Assembly: GCA_003599455.1 (NCBI GenBank)
Contig: QZKF01000076.1
Coordinates: forward strand, 7,802-71,801
Origin: Comamonadaceae bacterium
Lineage (GTDB): Bacteria; Pseudomonadota; Gammaproteobacteria; Burkholderiales; Burkholderiaceae_C
Direction of reading: 5' to 3'
Length of the DNA: 64,000 nucleotides
A program made the position numbers and the translations under genes. Each line of letters starts with the position of its first letter. The first letter of the stretch is position 1. Shown here one piece after another: positions 39,378 through 49,189 of the stretch. The notes beneath the pieces were generated by a model. It was not told where the DNA came from, searched no databases, and saw nothing but the letters and a program-made list of their open reading frames with translations.

Positions 39378-41081
39378 ATGCTGATCGAGACGCTGGGCGC
39401 GGCCCGCGACATGGGCCGACTCAACACCATCCTGGGCGTGCTGATCCGCCACGGCTTTGGCGACAGCGTGCGCCGCCTGGGCCTGGCGGATTCGCTGGAA
39501 CGTGCCGGCCACGCGCTGAACTGGGACAAGGTCGCCGACCTGGCGCGGCTGCAGCCACCGCAGCAGGTGCGGCTGGCGATGGAGGAAATCGGCCCCACCT
39601 GCGTCAAGCTCGGCCAGATCCTGGCCGGCCGCGCCGACCTGTTCGGCCCCGAGTGGATCGCCGAGTTCGAGAAGCTGCACAGCCACGTGCCCGCGGTGCC
39701 GCTGGAGTCCCTGCGCGACCAGTTGCGCGAAGACCTGGGGGGCGAGCCCGAGGCCGTGTTCGCGCGCTTCGACGCCGAGCCGCTGGCGGCGGCGTCCATC
39801 GCGCAGGTGCACCGCGCGCAGCTGCAGGACGGCACCGAGGTGGTGGTGAAGATCCGCCGCCCCGGCATCACCGACACCATCGAGGCCGACCTGCGCCTGC
39901 TGGCCCGCCTGGCCGCGCTGGCCGAGGCCGAACTGCCCTGGCTCAAGCCCTACCGCCCGCAGCAGCTGGTGCGCGAGCTGGCTCGCTCGCTCAAGCGCGA
40001 GCTCGACCTGGCCAGCGAATGCCGCAACGCCGAGCGCATCGCGGCCCACATGGCCGCCCTGCCCTGGATCGTGGTGCCGCGCGTGCACTGGGCCCACACC
40101 AGCGCGCGCGTCAACGTGCAGGACCACGTGAACGGCATTCCCGGCCACGCGCTCGACCGGCTCGACGCCGAAGGCCTGGACCGCCGCCTGCTGGCGCGGC
40201 GCGGTGCGCAGGCGGTGCTCAAGATGATCGTGCAGGACGGCCTGTTCCACGCCGATCCGCACCCGGGCAATGTGTTCTACCTGCCGGACAACCGCATCGC
40301 CTTCATCGACTTCGGCATGGTCGGCCGGCTGTCGCAGCGCCGGCGCGAAGAGCTGCTGGGTCTGCTGCTGGGCCTGGTCGAGCACCAGCCCCAGGCCGTG
40401 GCCGATGTGCTGCTGGACTGGACGGGCGACGACCATGGCGTCAACCTCTCGGTGCTGGAAACCGAGATCGAGGCCTTCGTCGACCAGTACCAGGGCGTGC
40501 CGCTGGCCCAGCTCAGCCTGGGGCAGATGCTGGCCGACGTGACCGCCATCCTGCGCGAACACCACCTGGCGCTGCCCCCGGACCTGGCCCTGCTGATCAA
40601 GGCCTTCATCACGCTCGAGGGCATGGGCCGCGGACTCGACCCCGACTTCCACATGGCGACCGAGGCCCTGCCCCTGCTGCGCCAGGTGGTGCGCGAGCGC
40701 TACCGCCCGCGTGCGATCGGCGTGCGCGCCTGGCAGGGCCTGCGGCGCACGCTCGCGCTGGCCGAACAACTGCCGCACGACCTCTCGCGCCTGCTGCGCA
40801 GCGCGCGGCGCGGCCGGGTGCACGTGGGCATCGAGCTCGCGCACCTGCGGCGCGTGGGCGACCAGATCGACCGCGCGGCCAACCGCCTGGCCATGGCGCT
40901 GGTGATCGCCGCCCTGATCATCGGCGCGTCCATCGTCATGACCGTGCAGGGCGGCCCCACCCTGATGGGCCTGCCGTTGTTCGGCTTCCTCGGCTTCGTG
41001 GGCGCGGTGCTGGGCGGTCTCTGGCTGGTGCGGGCGATCTGGCGCAGCAGCCGCGGCGGTCTCGGGGACGAAGAAAACTGA
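39378..41081 (+). CDS. ABC1/UbiB (AarF) family kinase-like membrane protein
   Basis: GPTCVKLGQ, AAASIAQVH, VVVKI.RP, ELDLASE, HADPHPGN, IDFGMVG; two C-terminal TMs. Confidence 0.92.
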   Translation: MLIETLGAARDMGRLNTILGVLIRHGFGDSVRRLGLADSLERAGHALNWDKVADLARLQPPQQVRLAMEEIGPTCVKLGQILAGRADLFGPEWIAEFEKLHSHVPAVPLESLRDQLREDLGGEPEAVFARFDAEPLAAASIAQVHRAQLQDGTEVVVKIRRPGITDTIEADLRLLARLAALAEAELPWLKPYRPQQLVRELARSLKRELDLASECRNAERIAAHMAALPWIVVPRVHWAHTSARVNVQDHVNGIPGHALDRLDAEGLDRRLLARRGAQAVLKMIVQDGLFHADPHPGNVFYLPDNRIAFIDFGMVGRLSQRRREELLGLLLGLVEHQPQAVADVLLDWTGDDHGVNLSVLETEIEAFVDQYQGVPLAQLSLGQMLADVTAILREHHLALPPDLALLIKAFITLEGMGRGLDPDFHMATEALPLLRQVVRERYRPRAIGVRAWQGLRRTLALAEQLPHDLSRLLRSARRGRVHVGIELAHLRRVGDQIDRAANRLAMALVIAALIIGASIVMTVQGGPTLMGLPLFGFLGFVGAVLGGLWLVRAIWRSSRGGLGDEEN

Positions 41082-41437
41082 CCCGGCACGCGTTTTGCGT
41101 GCCCGTGTTACATTACCGGGTCGCCTTGAGCGACCAGCCGCGCCCCAGCTTCACCGCCGGGACGCACCCGCCCCCGGCAGAGGGGCTGCTGGTCCAGCCC
41201 CTCCAGGGCGCCGCGCCACACCGCTTTCTCACAGCACCGTGGCCCTTTCCCTCCCTGCTGTTGCCGATGCCCCTGCCGTGGCTCGTGCGCCGGACTTGAC
41301 CCGATGCCTCGTGCACCGGGCCGAGGCCGGAAGAACCGGTGGGGCACCCCGGCGCCTGGGGCTGCCACCTGACTGTTTGTTTCGGGCTTTACCGACGCCG
41401 CGGCAACGACCGCGGCCCTGGCCCACTGATGTTTTTG

Positions 41438-41707
41438 ATGATTTACACGACTCCTATTACAACGACCACGAGACTGTCTCCCCTCACCCTGGGCAAGTAC
41501 CGCATTGCGGCTTCCCCGCGCCCCTTGCCGGGCGGCCTGTTTGCCGCGCAGGTGTCCATCGCCAGCGGCCACGGCAGCGCGTCCACCGCCCGTGTGATGC
41601 GGTTCGACAGCGCCTTCCCCACGCACGACGCGGCGGCCGACTACGCCATCGCGCAGGGCATCGACTGGGTGCAGGACACCACCCGCCAGTCGGCCCGCCC
41701 GAACTGA
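41438..41707 (+). CDS. Small hypothetical protein upstream of infA
   Basis: ORF with plausible composition ([26 protein letters not shown]); start uncertain (41429/41438). Confidence 0.55.
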   Translation: MIYTTPITTTTRLSPLTLGKYRIAASPRPLPGGLFAAQVSIASGHGSASTARVMRFDSAFPTHDAAADYAIAQGIDWVQDTTRQSARPN

Positions 41708-41735
41708 CCGATACACTTCAAGCAAAGGAAACACC

Positions 41736-41990
41736 ATGGCCAAAGAAGAACTGATCGACATGATGGGCATCGTCAACGAGGTGCTGCCCGACACGCGCTT
41801 TCGCGTCACGCTGGACAACGGTCACCAACTGATCGCCTATTCCGCCGGCAAGATGAAGAAGAACCACATCCGCATCCTCGCGGGCGACCGCGTGTCGCTG
41901 GAACTCTCGCCGTACGACCTGACCAAGGGCCGCATCAACTTCCGCCACATCGAAGGCCGCGGCCCGATGGTGCCGCGCAAGCCGCGCTGA
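41736..41990 (+). CDS. infA: Translation initiation factor IF-1 (stand-alone paralogue)
   Basis: [51 protein letters not shown]; AAGGA RBS. Confidence 0.96.
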   Translation: MAKEELIDMMGIVNEVLPDTRFRVTLDNGHQLIAYSAGKMKKNHIRILAGDRVSLELSPYDLTKGRINFRHIEGRGPMVPRKPR

Positions 41991-41997
41991 CCCTGCT

Positions 41998-43026
41998 TCA
42001 ATAGAACAAGGCTTCGAGGTCGACGCTGCTGCGTCGGCCCACGTCGGCGTGGTGCGCCGACAGCCAGCTGCCGGCGTGCTCACGGCCCAGCACGAACAGC
42101 ATCTCGAAGAAGCGCATGTTCGCCGCGACCTTGCTCTCGGCGCTCAACTCGCGCATCACCTCGCTCGCTTCGATCACATGGAAGTGTGTGCCCGCCAGGC
42201 GCCGCTCGAGTTCGCCGCGGCGCCACCACGCACTGCGCGCGGCGCGTTCGCGCAGGTGGGCAAACATGCGCATCTCGCGCAGGAACGTGGCGTTGAACGC
42301 CAGCTCCATCATGCGGCTCTTGATGTCCGCCGCCGACTGCGGCGTCGCGCTGTGTTTCAGCGGCGCGAGCATCACCAGCAGGATGTCGCGCGCGCTGCAT
42401 TCGTGGAACAGCGGAAACACCGCCGGATTCGCCGCATACCCCCCATCCCAGTACGGCTCGCCGTCGATCACCACGCTGCGGTGCATGGTCGGCAGGCAGG
42501 CCGAGGCCAGCACCGCGTCGGGCGTGAGCTCGGGCGCACGGAACAGCCGCAGCTTGCCGGTGTTGACGTTGGTGGCCGCGATGAACAGCTTCACCGGGCT
42601 GTCCGCGCGCAGGCGCTCGAAGTCGACCTGCGCCGACAGGATGTCGCGCAGCGGGTTGAGATCGAAGGGGTTGAGCTGCTCGGGCGAGAAGTAGTGCGTC
42701 CACTGCAACATGAGCCGCATGCCGGGCGCCAGCCGCATGTCCTTGCCGTCCGCGGTGGGCACCGCCACCTCGAACGGCGCCTTGGCCGCCACCGCCGTCC
42801 AGAACGCGCGCAGCGCGGCCCGGGCGCCGTCCACCCCGCCGTCCATCAGGCCCTGCGCCAGCAGCACCGCGTTCATCGCGCCCGCGCTGGTGCCGCTCAC
42901 GCCGTCAAAGCGCAGGCGGCCGTCTTCCAGCAAGGCGTCGAGCACGCCCCAGGTGAAGGCGCCGTGCGCGCCGCCACCCTGCAGGGCCAGGTTGACGGCG
43001 GGCGGGTGGCGCCAGGGCAGGTTCAT
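41998..43026 (-). CDS. Patatin-like phospholipase
   Basis: ALQGGGAHGAFTWG, GTSAG, DGGY motifs. Confidence 0.92.
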   Translation of the reverse strand: MNLPWRHPPAVNLALQGGGAHGAFTWGVLDALLEDGRLRFDGVSGTSAGAMNAVLLAQGLMDGGVDGARAALRAFWTAVAAKAPFEVAVPTADGKDMRLAPGMRLMLQWTHYFSPEQLNPFDLNPLRDILSAQVDFERLRADSPVKLFIAATNVNTGKLRLFRAPELTPDAVLASACLPTMHRSVVIDGEPYWDGGYAANPAVFPLFHECSARDILLVMLAPLKHSATPQSAADIKSRMMELAFNATFLREMRMFAHLRERAARSAWWRRGELERRLAGTHFHVIEASEVMRELSAESKVAANMRFFEMLFVLGREHAGSWLSAHHADVGRRSSVDLEALFY

Positions 43027-43031
43027 GGCGC

Positions 43032-44132
43032 TCAGCCCTTCTTCGCGCGCCGCGCGCGCACCGCCGCCGCGAGCCCCTGCAGCACGGGCACGGTCTGTTC
43101 GAAGCCGATGCAGGCGTCGGTCACGCTCACGCCATGCTGCAGCGGCTGGCCGGCCACGATGTCCTGCCGCCCCTCGTGCAGGTGGCTCTCGATCATCACC
43201 CCCACGATGCGCGCATCGCCCGCCGCCACCTGCGCGGCCACGTCGGCCGCCACCTCGATCTGCCGGCGGTGCTGCTTGCTGCTGTTGGCGTGCGACACGT
43301 CCACCATGACCTGCTCGCGCAGGCCGGCTTTGTGCAGCAGCGCGCAGGCGGCATTCACATCGGCCGCGCTGTAGTTGGGCAACGCGCCGCCGCGCAGGAT
43401 CACATGGCAGTCGTCGTTGCCGCGCGTCTCGAAGATCGCGGCCTGGCCCATCTTGGTCATGCCCATGAAGGCGTGCGCGGCGCGCGCCGCCTGGATCGCA
43501 TCGGACGCGACCTTCACGCCCCCGTCGGTGCCGTTCTTGAAACCGACCGGGCAGCTCAGGCCGCTGGCGAGCTGGCGGTGGCTCTGGCTCTCGGTGGTTC
43601 GCGCGCCGATCGCGCCCCAGCTCACCAGGTCGCTGATGAACTGCGGGCTCAGCAGGTCCAGGAACTCGGTGCCCACCGGCAGGCCCAGCGCGAGCACCTC
43701 CAGCAGCAGCGCGCGCGCCATCTCCAGGCCCTCGTTGATCGCGAAGCTGCCATCGAGGTGCGGGTCGTTGATGTAGCCCTTCCAGCCGACCGTGGTGCGT
43801 GGCTTCTCGAAATACACGCGCATCACCACCAGCAGGTCGTCCCGCAGCGCATCGGCCTGTGCCTTGAGCCGTTGCGCGTAGTCGATCGCCTGCCCGTGGT
43901 CGTGGATCGAGCAGGGGCCGACCACGACGACGAGGCGGTCGTCCTGCCCGTGCAGCACGCGCGAGAGCGCGGCGCGGCTGCGTTCCACCAGCGCCTGGGC
44001 CGCGTCGGGCGCGGGCAGCCACTCCTGCAGCAGCGCCGGGGTGATCAGCGGGCGCACGGCGCCGATGCGCAGGTCGTCGATGCGCGTGGTGTCGTGGGTG
44101 GAGAGCACGGTGTGGGGGGTATGGGTTTTCAT
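43032..44132 (-). CDS. aroG: 3-deoxy-7-phosphoheptulonate (DAHP) synthase, class I-alpha
   Basis: VGPCSIHD, YFEKPRTTVGWKG, IGARTTESQ.HR, GFKNGTDG, DVSHANS, DACIG. Feedback isotype not determinable. Confidence 0.93.
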   Translation of the reverse strand: MKTHTPHTVLSTHDTTRIDDLRIGAVRPLITPALLQEWLPAPDAAQALVERSRAALSRVLHGQDDRLVVVVGPCSIHDHGQAIDYAQRLKAQADALRDDLLVVMRVYFEKPRTTVGWKGYINDPHLDGSFAINEGLEMARALLLEVLALGLPVGTEFLDLLSPQFISDLVSWGAIGARTTESQSHRQLASGLSCPVGFKNGTDGGVKVASDAIQAARAAHAFMGMTKMGQAAIFETRGNDDCHVILRGGALPNYSAADVNAACALLHKAGLREQVMVDVSHANSSKQHRRQIEVAADVAAQVAAGDARIVGVMIESHLHEGRQDIVAGQPLQHGVSVTDACIGFEQTVPVLQGLAAAVRARRAKKG

Positions 44133-44248
44133 GGTCAAAAAGTCACGTTGCGGCCGATTCTGGGGCATGGCCGGATTCAAGTGCCGCGCGGGCCGGCCGA
44201 AACATGTGGTGACAAACCCGCGAGGGTGCACAGGCAAGCGAGGCACAC

Positions 44249-44743
44249 ATGAAAACTTTTGGTATCGCGCTGACGGCGCTGGCCCTGGGCGCCGCCCTGC
44301 CCGCGTTCGCGCAATCGGCCCCCGCGGCGGAATCGGCGCACTGGCAGGACCGCTCGGGCGAGGTCTGGCTCAACGTGGGCGGCTTCTCGCGCCACTTCTC
44401 GCGCGGCAAGGGCTACAACGAGAACAACCTGGGCCTGGGCGCGGAGTACCGCACCAGCCCCGAGGTGTCGTACATGGCCGGCGCGTACTACAACAGCGTG
44501 CGCAAGACGACGTCCTACGCGGCGGTGAACTGGCAGCCCTGGCAGGTCGGTCCCTTCAAGCTCGGCGCGACCGTCGGCGTGATGGACGGCTACCCCTCGC
44601 TCGCCGACGGCGGCACCTTCTTCGCGGCCGTGCCCATGGCCACCTGGGAAGGCAAGCGCTACGGCGTCAACATCGGCCTGATCCCGTCCGTGGGCAAGGT
44701 CGACGGCGCGGTGATCGTGCAGTTCAAGCTGCGGGTGTACTGA
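44249..44743 (+). CDS. Small outer-membrane beta-barrel protein, PagP-like
   Basis: Signal peptide, SRHF..YNENNLGLG.EY, YYNS, alternating beta strands, C-terminal aromatic (FKLRVY). Confidence 0.6.
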   Translation: MKTFGIALTALALGAALPAFAQSAPAAESAHWQDRSGEVWLNVGGFSRHFSRGKGYNENNLGLGAEYRTSPEVSYMAGAYYNSVRKTTSYAAVNWQPWQVGPFKLGATVGVMDGYPSLADGGTFFAAVPMATWEGKRYGVNIGLIPSVGKVDGAVIVQFKLRVY

Positions 44744-45368
44744 ACGCAGCGCTCGCCGGGCGCCGCGTGTGCGTCTGGATGAAGCCCGGCAGCGCGGTGC
44801 GCGCGCAGCGCTGCAGCGCCATCAGGAACGGGTGGTCCGGCTCGCCCACGCCGTGGCGCGTGCGCAGGTCGTGCTGGATGCGGCCCAGCAGCTCGGCGGC
44901 CATCTCGGCGTCGGCCAGCGCCCGGTGCGCCTGGCCGGTGCGCGGCAGCCGGAAAAAATCGACCAGCGTGCCCAGCTTGTGGCTCGGTGCTTCCGGATAC
45001 AGGCGGCGCGAGAGCAGCACCGTGCAGGCAAACGGATGCGGCGCGTCCAGCCCCGCGCGGGCCAGCTCGGCCGCCCAGTAGCGGCGGTCGAACGAGGCGT
45101 TGTGCGCCACCATCGGCACCTCGCCCACGAAACGCGCGGCCTCGCGCATCACGGTCTCGGCCGGCGGTGCGGTGTCGATCATGGCGTTGGTGATGCCGGT
45201 GAGCTGCGTGATGAAGGCCGGGATGCGCACGCCCGCGTTCATCAGGCTCTGGTACCGGTCCACCACGCGCCCGCGCTCGGTGATCACGATCGCCACCTCG
45301 GTGGCGCGGTCGCCCATGGCGGGCGAAATGCCGGTGGTCTCGAAGTCGATGACGGCGATGCGGGTCAT
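44724..45368 (-). CDS. DEDDh 3'-5' exonuclease (Pol III epsilon-like)
   Basis: IDFETTG, HNASFD, HRALADA. Alternative start at 45374. Confidence 0.9.
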   Translation of the reverse strand: MTRIAVIDFETTGISPAMGDRATEVAIVITERGRVVDRYQSLMNAGVRIPAFITQLTGITNAMIDTAPPAETVMREAARFVGEVPMVAHNASFDRRYWAAELARAGLDAPHPFACTVLLSRRLYPEAPSHKLGTLVDFFRLPRTGQAHRALADAEMAAELLGRIQHDLRTRHGVGEPDHPFLMALQRCARTALPGFIQTHTRRPASAAFSTPAA

Positions 45369-45463
45369 GGGCATGGACTGTAGCGCGATATCCATGGCCT
45401 CCCGCCCATGACGAAACCCCCGATGCCGCGAGGGCACCAGGGGTGGCCGGATTCCGAGGGGGA

Positions 45464-45730
45464 TCAGTAGACGCCGCGGGTCGTGCTGCCCTGGCCCACA
45501 TGCACCGGGCCACCGGTTCGGGCCTGCATCGGGAAGCGGTGCGGCGCCAGGTCGCGGAAGGTGGCGCCGGTCTGGCCGTCGGCGATCAGCGTGCCGTTGC
45601 GCTGTGCTTCAACGACCTCTGCGCGCACCTGGTCCCGCGTTTTGGGCGAGGCGGTGTCCGCGGCAAAGGCGGCGCCGATGGAGGCGGCGGTGAGGGCGAG
45701 GGCGATCAGGGAGAGGCGAGCGGTGTTCAT
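45464..45730 (-). CDS. DUF4148 family small secreted protein
   Basis: Signal peptide, then KTRDQVRAEVVEAQRNG. Confidence 0.8.
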   Translation of the reverse strand: MNTARLSLIALALTAASIGAAFAADTASPKTRDQVRAEVVEAQRNGTLIADGQTGATFRDLAPHRFPMQARTGGPVHVGQGSTTRGVY

Positions 45731-45835
45731 GTGGGTTTCCTTGGGGTTGGGCCGGCGATGCTGGCGTTGGCTTGCCCACTGAGTACGCGCCCAGGCCGGC
45801 GCTGGATTCAAACCCCACCGCTCCGAAACAATGCA

Positions 45836-46252
45836 TTACACCTTCGGGTACAGCACCATCTGCGTGCAGCGGAACAGCGCGATCGTCTTGCCGGTCTCGC
45901 GGTGCGTGACGACCGCGTCCCACACCTGCGTGGTGCGGCCCAGGTGCGCCGGCGTGGCCACGCAGTCGATCGTGCCCTCCAGGGCGGTGCCCAGGTGGTT
46001 GCTCTTGAGCTCGATGGTGGTGAAACCGGTGGCGCCCTTGGGCAGGCTGGCCATGCAACCATAGCCGCAGCTGGAGTCGGCCAGCGTGACCACCGAGCCG
46101 GCGTGCAGGTAGCCGTTGGGGGCCATGGTGTGTGGCTTCACCGCGAGCTCGGCGCGCACCTCTTGCGGGCTCACCTGCGTGAACACGAGGCCCAGGTGGC
46201 CGGGCAGCGCGCCGGCGCCGCGAGCGTTGAATTGTTGGGCGAGGTCGTTCAT
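45836..46252 (-). CDS. PaaI family hotdog-fold thioesterase
   Basis: NGYLHAGSVVTLADSSCG, TIELKSNHLG, HLGRTTQVWD; AGGAG RBS. Confidence 0.9.
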   Translation of the reverse strand: MNDLAQQFNARGAGALPGHLGLVFTQVSPQEVRAELAVKPHTMAPNGYLHAGSVVTLADSSCGYGCMASLPKGATGFTTIELKSNHLGTALEGTIDCVATPAHLGRTTQVWDAVVTHRETGKTIALFRCTQMVLYPKV

Positions 46253-46290
46253 GCGGGTCTCCTGTGGTGTATCGACGGGGCGGGGGGTGT

Positions 46291-47649
46291 TCAACGCGTC
46301 CAGCTGCCCAGCCGGATCGCGATGGCGATGGTCGAACCATAAACCACCAGGCTGAAGGCGATGACGGCAAAGAGCGCGGTGGCGGGCGCCTGCAGCACGT
46401 GCACGCAGAGCCAGCCGCCCACCAGCAGGATCGCGAGCCGGCCCATGCTGCCGGCCAGCGGCCAGAACATGCGGCCCGCGCCCTGCGACGCGAAGAACAG
46501 CGCCAGGCCCAGCCCGAAGAAGGCGTAGCAGCCGCCCACGATGTTCAGGTACGCCGCGCCGAAGCCGAGCACCGCGACGTCGGTGGTGAAGAGGTCCATC
46601 CACAGCGCCGGCGCCAGCGCGGTGACCAGGCCGATCGCGCCGGTGATGGCCGCCACCACCCCGCCACCGGCCCAGGCCACGCGCACGGCGCGCGCCGACT
46701 GGCCCGCGCCCATGTTGGTCGCCACCATGGCGGTCAGCGCGGTGCCGAAGCCGAAGGCGATCGGCACCAGGATGTACTCGAGCCGCGCCGCCACGCCGTA
46801 GCCCGCGAGCGCGGCCGTGCCGTAGCTGCCGACGAAGGCCGTGGCGACGGCGATGGAGGCGTTGCTGATCACCGGGCTCATCGACGCGGGCAGGCCCACG
46901 CGCAGGATGTCGCGCAGCAGCGGCCCGTTCGGGCGCCAGGGCGTGCGATGCAGCTGCACGGCGCCGTCGCGGCGCAGCAGGTACACCAGCATCACCAGGG
47001 CCGATACGGCGTTGACGACCAGCGTGCTGGCGGCGGCGCCGGCCGCGCCCAGGCCGGGCACCGGACCCCAGCCGAACACCAGCAGCGGGCACAGCACGAG
47101 GTGTAGCAGCGCGGTGCCCAGCAGCAGCACAGAGGGCAGCAGCATGTTGCCCGCGCCGCGCACGATGGCGGCCAGCACGTTGGTGAACCAGATCACCACC
47201 GCGCCGCTGAACAGCACGTTCGAATACGCGAGTGCGGCGTCGAGCGCCGCACCACGGCCGCCCATGCCGCCGAAGATGGCGCGCCCGAAGCCGAGCAGGG
47301 CCACCATGAACAGCGCGGCCAGCAACAGCCCGATGAACATCGCCTGCTGTGCCAGGCGGCTGGCGTCCTCGCCGCGCCCGGCGCCCAGTGCGCGCGCCAC
47401 CGCGGCGGTGGTCGCGCCGCCGATGCCGCCGGCCGACATCTGCAGCATCAGCATCGAGAGCGGAAACACCAGCGCGATGCCGGCCAGCGCGTCGGCGCCC
47501 ACGCGCCCGAGGATGTAGCCGTCGTAGCCGATCACGATGGTCATGGCGAACAGGCCCATCACGTTCGGTGTGGCCAGCCGGAACAGCGTGGGCAGCAGCG
47601 GCGCGTGCAGCATCTGCTGCACGCGGGTCTGTGCAAGAGCGGCGCTCAT
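46291..47649 (-). CDS. MATE family efflux transporter
   Basis: LF.LATPN, DGYILG, ALAG..LVFP, GAGNM..P, GLP, GYG...RLE; about 12 TMs. Confidence 0.9.
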   Translation of the reverse strand: MSAALAQTRVQQMLHAPLLPTLFRLATPNVMGLFAMTIVIGYDGYILGRVGADALAGIALVFPLSMLMLQMSAGGIGGATTAAVARALGAGRGEDASRLAQQAMFIGLLLAALFMVALLGFGRAIFGGMGGRGAALDAALAYSNVLFSGAVVIWFTNVLAAIVRGAGNMLLPSVLLLGTALLHLVLCPLLVFGWGPVPGLGAAGAAASTLVVNAVSALVMLVYLLRRDGAVQLHRTPWRPNGPLLRDILRVGLPASMSPVISNASIAVATAFVGSYGTAALAGYGVAARLEYILVPIAFGFGTALTAMVATNMGAGQSARAVRVAWAGGGVVAAITGAIGLVTALAPALWMDLFTTDVAVLGFGAAYLNIVGGCYAFFGLGLALFFASQGAGRMFWPLAGSMGRLAILLVGGWLCVHVLQAPATALFAVIAFSLVVYGSTIAIAIRLGSWTR

Positions 47650-47710
47650 GGGAAACCTCCGTGCTGCGCACTGCGGTGCGAGCTGGCTTGGGAGCGGCCC
47701 GGCGCGGCGC

Positions 47711-48418
47711 TCATGCCCGTGGGTCCCGCAGGTAGATGCCGGGTTCGGCCGAAAGGCCGCGCTTGACCTGCTGCGTGAGCTCGTCGCCCAGCACCTCCTC
47801 GGCGCCGACTTCCAGCGCGTCGAAGGCGCGGCGCACGATGTCCTCGGGCGTGGCCTTGGGCATCTCGATGCCGCGCGTGAGATCGGTGTCGACGAAACCC
47901 ATGTGCAGGCCCAGCACCTGCGTGCCCTGCGCGCGCAGGTCGTTGCGCAGCCCGTTCGTCAAAGCCCAGGCCGCCGACTTGCTCGCACCGTAGACCGACA
48001 GCATGGGCGAGTTGATCCAGCTCGCGATCGACAGCACGTTGAGGATCGCGCCGCCGCCGTGCGACGCGAGGACGGGCGCGAAGGCCTGGCTCACGCGCAG
48101 CGGGCCGAAGAAGTTGGTCTCCATCTGGGCCCGGGCCGCGTCGATGCTGCCCTCGGCGAGAAAGCCGCCGAGCGACGCGACGCCGGCGTTGTTGATCACC
48201 AGCGTCACGTCGCCGGCGTGCCGGGCGGCCGCGGCCACCTGCTCGGGGTCGTTCACGTCGAGCGCGATCGGCTCGACGCCAGGCAGCGTCACGCTGGCGG
48301 GCTTGCGCGCGCCAGCGTAGACCTTGCGGGCGCCGCGCGCCAGGGCTTCGCGGGCGAAGGCCAGGCCAATGCCGCGGTTGGCGCCGGTGATCAGAACGGT
48401 GGCGTTGTGGAGTTTCAT
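47711..48418 (-). CDS. Short-chain dehydrogenase/reductase
   Basis: ITGANRGIG, NNAG, YGASKSA. Confidence 0.92.
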   Translation of the reverse strand: MKLHNATVLITGANRGIGLAFAREALARGARKVYAGARKPASVTLPGVEPIALDVNDPEQVAAAARHAGDVTLVINNAGVASLGGFLAEGSIDAARAQMETNFFGPLRVSQAFAPVLASHGGGAILNVLSIASWINSPMLSVYGASKSAAWALTNGLRNDLRAQGTQVLGLHMGFVDTDLTRGIEMPKATPEDIVRRAFDALEVGAEEVLGDELTQQVKRGLSAEPGIYLRDPRA

Positions 48419-48460
48419 GGTTGAGGTCCTTGGGTGAACGAAGCGGAGGTGAGAGGCGTG

Positions 48461-48480
48461 AATATGATGGACGTCATATT
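48461..48480. promoter_or_regulatory. TetR operator upstream of the SDR gene (AATATGA-TGGACG-TCATATT)
   Basis: Perfect 7-bp dyad; near-identical copy at 49146-49165. Confidence 0.75.
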
Positions 48481-48536
48481 CGAGGCCGAGAAGAAAACGG
48501 AACGGCCCTCGCGGGCATGCGACAAGGAGACATGGC

Positions 48537-49127
48537 TCAGCCCGGCGGGGAGACGTCGTACGCCGCCAGCAAGGCCTTGCGGTTGGCCGCCAGCAAGGCC
48601 TTGCCTTCGGCGTTGTCGCCCAGGGCGCGCGCGAGCTGCAGCGCGCCCACCATCTGGCTGGCGATGGCCGCGGCGCTGCCGGGCGCAGCACCGGTGGGCA
48701 GCGAGCGCTGGACCAGGGCCATCAGGCTGCGCACGCGTTGCGCGGCGGCGGCGCGCACATCGGGCGACTGGCGCGGCATCTCCGAGGCCAGCGCCGCCAC
48801 CGCGCAGCCGTTTTCGGTGCCGCTCAGGTGGCGCTCCGACAGGTAGCCTTCAATGAGCGCGCGAAACGGGCTGGCGCCGCGCGCCTCGCGCGTGGCATTG
48901 CCCTTGGCGATGCGCTCGGCGCTTTGCTGGCCGGCATGCGCCAGGGCCTCGGCCAGCAGCGCGTCGCGCGAGGCGAAGTGGGCATAGAAACCGCCGTGGG
49001 TCAGGCCCGCCTCTTTCATGATGTCGGCCACACCCACGCCCTGAAAACCGGCACGGCGGATCGCGCGCGCCGCGGTGTCGAGGATGCGTTCGTGCGTCAG
49101 GGCCTTGCGGCTGGGCGCGATTTCCAT
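48537..49127 (-). CDS. TetR/AcrR family regulator
   Basis: ERILDTAARAIR..G..GVGVADIMKEAGLTHGGFYAHF.S; GC...ALASE. Confidence 0.93.
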   Translation of the reverse strand: MEIAPSRKALTHERILDTAARAIRRAGFQGVGVADIMKEAGLTHGGFYAHFASRDALLAEALAHAGQQSAERIAKGNATREARGASPFRALIEGYLSERHLSGTENGCAVAALASEMPRQSPDVRAAAAQRVRSLMALVQRSLPTGAAPGSAAAIASQMVGALQLARALGDNAEGKALLAANRKALLAAYDVSPPG

Positions 49128-49145
49128 GGCGCTACTGTAACCATG

Positions 49146-49165
49146 AATATGATGATCGTCATATG
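49146..49165. promoter_or_regulatory. TetR autoregulatory operator (AATATGATGATCGTCATATG)
   Basis: Second copy of the dyad; overlaps the expected -35 region of the tetR promoter (-10 TACAGT at 49139-49134). Confidence 0.75.
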
Positions 49166-49189
49166 ATTTTTGACTTGACCCCACAGCGG

